61,328 nucleotides of DNA from positions 1 through 61,328 of the IMG/VR virus record IMGVR_UViG_3300045972_000344. One strand, written 5' to 3'. The notes under the pieces were generated by a model. It saw only the letters and a list, made by a program, of their open reading frames with translations. It did no database searches and had not been told where the DNA came from. The stretch is from a virus. Its lineage: Duplodnaviria > Caudoviricetes. The translations under genes were made by a program, and so were the position numbers. Each line of letters begins with the position of its first letter. Within the stretch, counting starts at the first letter, position 1. Of the stretch, positions 55,249 to 61,328 are shown piece by piece.

Positions 55249-55700
55249 TCGACCGGGGCTTCGGGGAAATCATCGGTGATGCCCAGCCAGACCTGCTCCC
55301 CTCGGTCCAGGGCGATCTTCACCAGGGCGAAGAGGTCATGACTGGCCTGCAGGGTCTCGCTGAGGTGGAGGTCGCCGTCCTGCTTGTATCCAAGGAGGGG
55401 GCATCCCAGGGTGTCCTCCGCGTCCCGGCCGCCGTGCAGCCGGATCCCGGTGAAGCCCGGAACATCGTTGACCAGCATCATGTCCCGCTGGAATTTCTCG
55501 GAGAAGGTGATGGTCACGGGGTAGCGCCCGGCGGGGATGGCCGTCTTGCCGTAGACCTTGCCCTCGTTGATCGGGGTGTTCGGATCCGGGTCTTTGCGGA
55601 CGGGATCCTCCAGGGTCCAGCACTGGTGCAGGCTGTCCCGGGTCATTTCACCCGTGCATTGGGTCGTGTCGTTGTGTTTCCGGCTGATCGCAAGCTGCAT
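55245..55700 (-). CDS. DUF5675 family protein, putative endolysin
   Basis: TLED...KTAIPAGRY...DVPGFTGIRLHGG...DTLGCPLLG; AGGAGG before ATG 55700. Confidence 0.8.
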   Translation of the reverse strand: MQLAISRKHNDTTQCTGEMTRDSLHQCWTLEDPVRKDPDPNTPINEGKVYGKTAIPAGRYPVTITFSEKFQRDMMLVNDVPGFTGIRLHGGRDAEDTLGCPLLGYKQDGDLHLSETLQASHDLFALVKIALDRGEQVWLGITDDFPEAPVE

Positions 55701-55788
55701 GATAGGGCCTCCTGCCCCCATTCTACGCGCCTTCACAGGACATTTTCTGTCGTGTTTTCTGGCACTTCCGAAGCATGAAATTTAACTC

Positions 55789-55817
55789 TTGCGGAAGCGT
55801 GAATTCTGACCCATGCT
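55789..55817 (+). promoter_or_regulatory. sigma70-like promoter
   Basis: AT-rich UP, TTGCGG-17-CATGCT. Confidence 0.5.
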
Positions 55818-55839
55818 TTGGGTCTTGCAAAGGAGCACC

Positions 55840-57024
55840 ATGCCGAAACCAATCCTCTCCTACCGGGGGCTGCGGACAGCCCTCGTCTCCCGTCTCATGG
55901 ACGCGGATACCCTTTCCGCCGGGCGGCACCTGTATGTCGGCGCATCCGAGGTCGGAGGCTGTCCCCGCTTCGTCTCGTGGTCGAAGGCCACCGCTCGGGT
56001 CTGGATCCCCGATGCCGACTCCGCCGGGGTGATGCTGCCCGGCCGCCTCGTGGAAAACGAGGGAGTCCAGCTTCTCCGCCTCATGGGCCTCGACTCGGCC
56101 CTGTCCGCCACGGGCACCCGGCAGGCCAACCTCCGGGACGAGAATTCCGGGCTCGGCTGCCACCCGGACGGGTTCCTGTCCGCCGATGCCTTTGAACTGG
56201 ATGAACTCTCGACCTACTTCACCGAGGACGGGGGCCCCTGGAAGCTGGAGGAACTCCGGCCGCTGCTCGTGGGCCCAGGGATCGTGGAGTTTAAATCCGG
56301 CTCCTCCGCCGTCTTCCGGGAGACGGTGCGCCACGGCGTCTCTCTCCAATATGCGGACCAGACCCAGGTCAACATGGGCCTGTCCGGGCGCCACTGGACC
56401 CTGCTGGTGATGATCTGCCGGGACAACCTCTCCAAGATCGCCCTCGTCTTCATCCCCTTCCGGGAGGCCCGCTTCCGGGCGCTGCAGCTTCACGCGAACG
56501 CCATCCTGGGCTCCGCTGCCCTGGCCCGCGAGGCTCTGGAGGGCGCCCGGCTGTGGCGGGTGGCCGAGGATGACCCCGAGGACGAGAAGGTCATCGCCAC
56601 GGTCGCCATGCACCTGCTGGCCCCCGATGAAGCCCGAGGCTACTGCCGGAAGTGTCCCCTGGCCTCCTCCTGCCCCGCCCTCACCCGGCGCACGGACGAT
56701 GCCTTCTTCCCGGAGGGCATTCTCCCCGAGGTCGAGGCGCTGGCCGAAATCGCCGCCGCCGCCGGGGACACCGAGAAGGCCGCGAAGGAAGAAGCGGACG
56801 ATGCCAAGGACCGGCTGAAGGAACTGGCCGAGCAATACGGCGCCACGAGGGCCATGCTCTCCCCGCCCTTCACCACCCTTTCCGTGGGAACCACCCAGGG
56901 CCGCGAGTCGTGCGACCTGCAGCGCCTGAAGACCCTCTATCCCGCCGCGTTCGCGGATTGCGTCTCCCGTGGGGAAGACTTCAAAACCGTTCGCATCAAC
57001 CGAAAGAAAGGAGCCAAATCATGA
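55840..57024 (+). CDS. Cas4-like PD-(D/E)xK exonuclease
   Basis: GASEVGGCPR, HPDG, VEFKS, Q...M, CRKCPLASSC. Confidence 0.8.
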   Translation: MPKPILSYRGLRTALVSRLMDADTLSAGRHLYVGASEVGGCPRFVSWSKATARVWIPDADSAGVMLPGRLVENEGVQLLRLMGLDSALSATGTRQANLRDENSGLGCHPDGFLSADAFELDELSTYFTEDGGPWKLEELRPLLVGPGIVEFKSGSSAVFRETVRHGVSLQYADQTQVNMGLSGRHWTLLVMICRDNLSKIALVFIPFREARFRALQLHANAILGSAALAREALEGARLWRVAEDDPEDEKVIATVAMHLLAPDEARGYCRKCPLASSCPALTRRTDDAFFPEGILPEVEALAEIAAAAGDTEKAAKEEADDAKDRLKELAEQYGATRAMLSPPFTTLSVGTTQGRESCDLQRLKTLYPAAFADCVSRGEDFKTVRINRKKGAKS

Positions 57025-58058
57025 CCCAGCCGGAATCCGGTCTCGTCACCCGCGCCCCCATGGCGCCCTCCCGTGCCCCCTCCCCCGGTGGTGGTCTCGT
57101 CCAGATGGACAAGGCCGCGATCATGGAGCGGGTGAAGGTCATCCACTCAATCATGGAAGAGGTCATGGTCGAGGGGCATCACTACTTCACCTTCGGGACC
57201 ACCAAGCGGAAGTTCCGTCTGGAAAACGGCACGGTCGAGGAGCGGGAAGTCCCGCAGTTCTCTCTCGGCAAGGCCGGGGCCGAGGTCGTCTGCCTCACCT
57301 TCGGGCTCACTCCCGATCTCGATTCCGTGGTGGTGGCCGATGACCCCAACGCCCCGCGCACCATCCAGATTTCCGAATGGGTGGACGATCCCACCGCTGG
57401 CCGCTCGGGTCGCCGGAAGATCATCAGAGATCAGGTTGTGACGGGTTACTACGAGGTGAAGTCCACCTGTGCCATCTGGTCGAACCAGGGCACCCTCCTG
57501 GCCCGGGCCTCCGGCTCGTGCAATTCCTGTGAGACCGCCTTCGTGAACCAGGGCTACTCGAATGTGAAGAACTCCATCCTGAAGCGGGCGGAGAAGCGCG
57601 CGATGGTGGCGGCCGTGCTCATGGCCTCCGGCGCTGGTGATGTCTTCGTGCAGGATCTGGAGGACACCCCCACGGCGGTGGATCCGAACCAGGGTTTCCG
57701 TGCTGCTGCCACCCAGGGCAGCGCGCAGACCGGCACCCAGACGGGCGCCCAGGGCGGCTCCCAGAACGTGGGCGCTGCTCCGGCTGGCTGGCTCTCGGAG
57801 CCCCAGAAGAAGCTGCTGTTCGCCAAGGGGAAGAACCAAGCCCCCCCCGCCTCCGAGGAGGTCATCCGGCACATCATCCATGTGCTGGACGGCATGCCCA
57901 AGCCCCAGGCGAAGCCCTACTTCGATGCCATCGCGGACGGGAAGCCCCAAGGCGCCGAACTCTGGGCCCAGGCCCGGCAGACCGTGGAAACTGCCGCCGC
58001 CGCCAAGGCTGGCGCTGGCCCCGGTGGCGAGGTGCCGCCCGACCAGCCGCCCGTGTAA
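57021..58058 (+). CDS. putative ssDNA annealing/recombination protein
   Basis: LGKAGAE...GSCNS.E...NSILKRAEKRAMV...F.QDLED; coupled to exonuclease. Confidence 0.6.
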   Translation: MTQPESGLVTRAPMAPSRAPSPGGGLVQMDKAAIMERVKVIHSIMEEVMVEGHHYFTFGTTKRKFRLENGTVEEREVPQFSLGKAGAEVVCLTFGLTPDLDSVVVADDPNAPRTIQISEWVDDPTAGRSGRRKIIRDQVVTGYYEVKSTCAIWSNQGTLLARASGSCNSCETAFVNQGYSNVKNSILKRAEKRAMVAAVLMASGAGDVFVQDLEDTPTAVDPNQGFRAAATQGSAQTGTQTGAQGGSQNVGAAPAGWLSEPQKKLLFAKGKNQAPPASEEVIRHIIHVLDGMPKPQAKPYFDAIADGKPQGAELWAQARQTVETAAAAKAGAGPGGEVPPDQPPV

Positions 58059-58061
58059 CCC

Positions 58062-58295
58062 ATGGACGCCTCTGCCACCGTCCAGGCCCGGAGGGACCGT
58101 CTCTTGAAGGCGGTCCTCCGGTCCTCGGTTCCCCTCTCTACCGTTCGTCTCTCCCGGCGCATGGGTTGGTCCCTCCAGACCACCCGTGCCCACCTTCTGG
58201 TCCTGGCTGATCAGGGCCTGCTGGTCCGCCACAGCTATCGGCAGTGGTCCTCCCCTGCCGTCTTCTCCCGGAGCACTCATGCAGATCCTCTCTAG
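58062..58295 (+). CDS. winged-helix DNA-binding protein
   Basis: PLSTVRLSRRMGWSLQTTRAHL..L...GLL. Confidence 0.65.
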   Translation: MDASATVQARRDRLLKAVLRSSVPLSTVRLSRRMGWSLQTTRAHLLVLADQGLLVRHSYRQWSSPAVFSRSTHADPL

Positions 58296-59217
58296 CCGCT
58301 GGGGCGTCAGCTTCGGCGCCTTCACACTGAACGGCCGCCTCACGGGCGACATTCTGGACGAGGTGCTCCTCGGCTCCGCCCAGGCGTTCTCCATCCCTGC
58401 CCGGCCCGATGGGGAGGTCAAGCTGGCCGCCCCTTGCGGGATGTTCGACCCCGGGGGCCCCGTGGTGGGGCTCCGGTTCCTGGGCGAGAATGGCGACACC
58501 TGGGTTGGGGTGGGCACCCGCATGCTGGCGAACTCCCCGAACCCGGCGCTCGTGGAGGCATCCTTCCGCACCCGGGCCCACAACGAGATCGGGGAGAATT
58601 GGTCCTCCGCCAAGAAGAAGCGCCTGAATGGCCTTCGGAAAGCCTGCAGGCGCGACCTCGCGGCCACCACCCCCTTCCGGCTGTCCGAGTCCGGGGCCCT
58701 GTTCGTCTGCCTGGGCACTGGGGAGGTCGTCACCGTGGGGCAGGCGGGGCAGGCCGTGTGCCGCGACCTCGTGGGCCGCTCGGCCGTGCTCTCCCGGGTG
58801 GCCTTCACCCAGCCCGACAAGGCGAACGCGGGGAAGCTGCTCACCATTCTCCGGCGCCAGGAGGACTCCATCATCCCTTGGCCGACCGGGTCCGCCGCCC
58901 TGTTCCGGGTGCGCAGCGAGCAGAAGGAGTCCTGCGCCGTCCGCATGCTCTCATGGGCCCAGAACTCCACAGATGCCCAGGATCTGCTCTCCCAGCGGTG
59001 GAAACCCCGCAAGATCGAACTCCAGTGGGCAGACGAGCGGAAGGGCAGCCTGGACCTCTCCGGGGCTCTGTCCTCGGTGAAGTGGGCGGGCGGGATCCGG
59101 GTGGATGACCCCCAGCCCGCCATCGAGACCCGGCTGGCGATGCTCCTCACCATGAATTCCCAGGCCACCCGCCTCGTAGCGGAAGCAACGGCGCCCCTCT
59201 TGCCCATGGGGGAGTAA
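58279..59217 (+). CDS. hypothetical protein
   Basis: ATG 58279 after GGAG; GC3-rich codons. Confidence 0.6.
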   Translation: MQILSSRWGVSFGAFTLNGRLTGDILDEVLLGSAQAFSIPARPDGEVKLAAPCGMFDPGGPVVGLRFLGENGDTWVGVGTRMLANSPNPALVEASFRTRAHNEIGENWSSAKKKRLNGLRKACRRDLAATTPFRLSESGALFVCLGTGEVVTVGQAGQAVCRDLVGRSAVLSRVAFTQPDKANAGKLLTILRRQEDSIIPWPTGSAALFRVRSEQKESCAVRMLSWAQNSTDAQDLLSQRWKPRKIELQWADERKGSLDLSGALSSVKWAGGIRVDDPQPAIETRLAMLLTMNSQATRLVAEATAPLLPMGE

Positions 59218-59269
59218 GGCTGTAACCTATGGGCTTGGTGGGTTGCTTGGCAGCGACCTCCTTTGCGGG

Positions 59270-59300
59270 GATGGGGCTCTTTCGGGGGCCCCATCTTTTT
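59270..59300 (+). terminator. rho-independent terminator
   Basis: GATGGGGCTC-loop-GGGCCCCATC-TTTTT. Confidence 0.75.
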
Positions 59301-59307
59301 GCCTGCT

Positions 59308-59358
59308 CAAAAATAAATTGTATCCCCCGCTTGCTTTTTCTAAAGCATGCCTTAACCT
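59308..59358 (+). promoter_or_regulatory. sigma70-like early promoter
   Basis: AAAAATAAATT UP, TTGCTT-16-TAACCT, TGCTTT-N4-AAAGCA palindrome. Confidence 0.55.
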
Positions 59359-59408
59359 TTATCCAGCCGGGGGAATGGTTCCCCTGCCCCCCTCCCGCAG
59401 AGGTCACC

Positions 59409-60047
59409 ATGTCCCGTCCCGCCTCCCCCGCCCAGAAGTCCCTCATCGCCCGCCTCGTGGCCGAGCGCCCTGGCGTCCAGTTCACCGCCCCGATGGTCTC
59501 GCTGATCACCGCCGCGAACGCTGGCTCCTCCGCCTTCTCCATGCAGTCCGCCTCCTGGCTGATCGAGCAGCTTTTCGCCACCCCCAAGCCCACCGCCGCC
59601 GCCGCCCGCTCCAACGAGGCGCCTGCGGAACTCGGCTACTACCTCGTGGACGAGACCGTCTATGTGGTCGTGGCCTCCAAGACCTCCGGCAAGCACTACG
59701 CGAAGCGCATGAGCGTGGTCGATGCCCGTGGCCGCTGGGAATACGCCCACGGCATGGTCTACCATCTCGCTGGCGCCCACCGCCTCACCGTGGAAGAGGC
59801 CGCCATCCTCGGCCGCTCCCTGGGCTGCTGCATGATCTGCGGCGCCACCCTCACCGACCCCGTCAGCGTGGAGCGCGGCATCGGCCCCATCTGCGAGACC
59901 CGCGTGGCTGGCACCTACGCCCCCCGCTCCGCCTCCCGCCGCACCGCCCCCGCCATGGTCGTGGATTGCCCCGGCTGCGAGGACTGCGATGGCGAGGGTG
60001 GCACCCACCGCCAGGGCCCCGCCTACCGCGAAGCCCACGCCGTCTAA
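59409..60047 (+). CDS. DUF6011-type Zn-finger protein
   Basis: CMICGATLTDPVSVERGIGPIC. Confidence 0.75.
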   Translation: MSRPASPAQKSLIARLVAERPGVQFTAPMVSLITAANAGSSAFSMQSASWLIEQLFATPKPTAAAARSNEAPAELGYYLVDETVYVVVASKTSGKHYAKRMSVVDARGRWEYAHGMVYHLAGAHRLTVEEAAILGRSLGCCMICGATLTDPVSVERGIGPICETRVAGTYAPRSASRRTAPAMVVDCPGCEDCDGEGGTHRQGPAYREAHAV

Positions 60048-60097
60048 CCCAACCCTGGGGGCCCTTCGGGGCCCCCTCCTCCCCGCAAGGAGCCCCC

Positions 60098-60412
60098 ATG
60101 CCCACTCCCACGATCTCCCTGGACTTCTGCCGTGCGGAACTCAACGCCCCGACCTGCGTCATCCCGAACGGGCACATGCTCCGCATCATCGGCGGTGTCC
60201 AGGCGCCCATCGGTCTAGTTTCCCCCGGTGGCGCCAGCTTGGCCTCGAAGGCGAAAATGGCCGCCTACGCCCACACCTTCGCGGCCGGGCCCCGGATGCT
60301 GGCCGCCCTGAAGGGCGCCCTTGAATACGCCGACAACGGCACCCCCCTCCCCCCCGGCTCCCTGGCTGTCGCTGAAATGCGCGCCGCCGTGGCAGCCGCT
60401 GAGAATCGATAG
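60098..60412 (+). CDS. hypothetical phage protein
   Basis: AAGGAG RBS; AAGPRMLAALK pattern. Confidence 0.65.
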   Translation: MPTPTISLDFCRAELNAPTCVIPNGHMLRIIGGVQAPIGLVSPGGASLASKAKMAAYAHTFAAGPRMLAALKGALEYADNGTPLPPGSLAVAEMRAAVAAAENR

Positions 60413-60420
60413 GATCCTCG

Positions 60421-60630
60421 ATGCCGATATTCCCAGATACCTTCCCCCGCCCGCCGTTCGTGACCGATGAGCACCTGGAATTCCTGGACGACCTCCGCGA
60501 GTCCGGCGAGACCAATATGTTCGGTGCCCGGCCCTACCTCGCAGCCGCCTTCCCGGCGCTGTCCGAGCCTGAATCCTCGAAGGCCCTCAGCTACTGGATG
60601 GCCTCCTTCTCTGAACGCCACCCCCGCTAG
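60421..60630 (+). CDS. small conserved phage protein
   Basis: FLDDLRESGETNMFGARPYL. Confidence 0.7.
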   Translation: MPIFPDTFPRPPFVTDEHLEFLDDLRESGETNMFGARPYLAAAFPALSEPESSKALSYWMASFSERHPR

Positions 60631-60679
60631 TCCCTTTCCCAACCCAGGGCCGCCGCGCCCACCCCGCAAGGAGCACCCC

Positions 60680-61328
60680 ATGAAGCAAGGTCTTGAACTG
60701 AACGATCTGGCCCAGACCATCGTTCGCCACGCGTCCGGCAAGGAGGATTTCATCGCCCCTTCCTCGGCCCTCCGGTTCGGCGTCAACCCCGCCAACCAGA
60801 TCACCGTCTCCCTCCCGAACGACCGTTCGTTCGACCTCACCACCCTGGCCGAGAATCAGGTCGGCGACTTCCTCGGGATCCCCCGGCGCTTCGCCCAGCG
60901 GCTCTCCACCGAGGTGCCCGAACTGCTGGCGCACAACCTGAACACCCTCGGCGGCCGTTCCGACTCCCGGCGCATGCTGCGCACCCTGGACGGCGTGGGC
61001 CGCTCCTTCCTGTCCGACTCCTACAAGCGGGTGGACAACGAGGAGGTCTTCGATGGGATCTTCCCCTCGCTCATGCGCCTCGGGGCCCAGATCGAGTCCT
61101 GCAATGTCTCGGAGGACTACCTCCATCTGCAGGCCGTCATCCACCGCATGGAGGGCGAGATCCGGGTGGGCGATGCCGTGCGCTACGGCGTGGTCATCTC
61201 TAATTCGGAAGTGGGCCGGGGCTCGCTCTCGATCCGCCCGATCCTCTATCGGCTCCGCTGCCTGAACGGCATGGTCGTGGCCGACCAGACCCGGCGCCGC
61301 GCGCACATCGGCGGCTCCTACCTCGAAA
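60680..61328 (+). CDS. DUF932-like protein, truncated by window end (not in ORF track)
   Basis: MKQGLELNDL...RSFLSDSYKRVDN...ISNSEVGRGSL...RLRCLNGM; AAGGAG RBS. Confidence 0.75.
   Translation, partial: MKQGLELNDLAQTIVRHASGKEDFIAPSSALRFGVNPANQITVSLPNDRSFDLTTLAENQVGDFLGIPRRFAQRLSTEVPELLAHNLNTLGGRSDSRRMLRTLDGVGRSFLSDSYKRVDNEEVFDGIFPSLMRLGAQIESCNVSEDYLHLQAVIHRMEGEIRVGDAVRYGVVISNSEVGRGSLSIRPILYRLRCLNGMVVADQTRRRAHIGGSYLE

Noticed and set aside
55840-57024. CRISPR-Cas locus
   Set aside because: No repeat-spacer array or other cas genes seen
1-61328. TAG stop-codon reassignment
   Set aside because: Genes are intact in the standard code, and TAG stops are followed by proper RBS and starts

Overview
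High-GC DNA from a contractile-tailed (myovirus-type) phage or prophage. No terminase, portal, integrase or att site is recognisable and the last ORF runs off the end, so this is probably part of a larger genome. Layout: small early genes and DnaG primase (1-3.4 kb); DUF5131, a nucleotidyltransferase and an atypical CAT-anticodon tRNA (3.5-6.7 kb); fibre/adaptor structural genes (6.8-10.3 kb); large minus-strand multi-domain proteins (degenerate InPase+SNF2, His/Ala-rich repeats, GNAT, InPase+WGR) interrupted by a histone-deacetylase-family gene (10.7-26.2 kb); protease, scaffold, capsid, neck and baseplate (26.3-37.6 kb); an inverted fibre block with a Hint-domain protein and three large+small gene cassettes (37.6-46.9 kb); sheath, tube, chaperones and tape measure (47-53 kb); lysis genes (53-55.7 kb); Cas4-like nuclease, annealing-type protein and small early genes (55.8-61.3 kb). 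The best candidate for a new system is the 10.7-26.2 kb block. It looks like capsid-packaged cargo sharing Lys|Ala/Ser/Gly sites and a repeated HxRxxxGKxVxVxxY tag, and one protein carries an internal copy of the capsid N-arm. It also includes a GNAT acetyltransferase facing a deacetylase. All family calls are motif recognition by eye; no searches were run.
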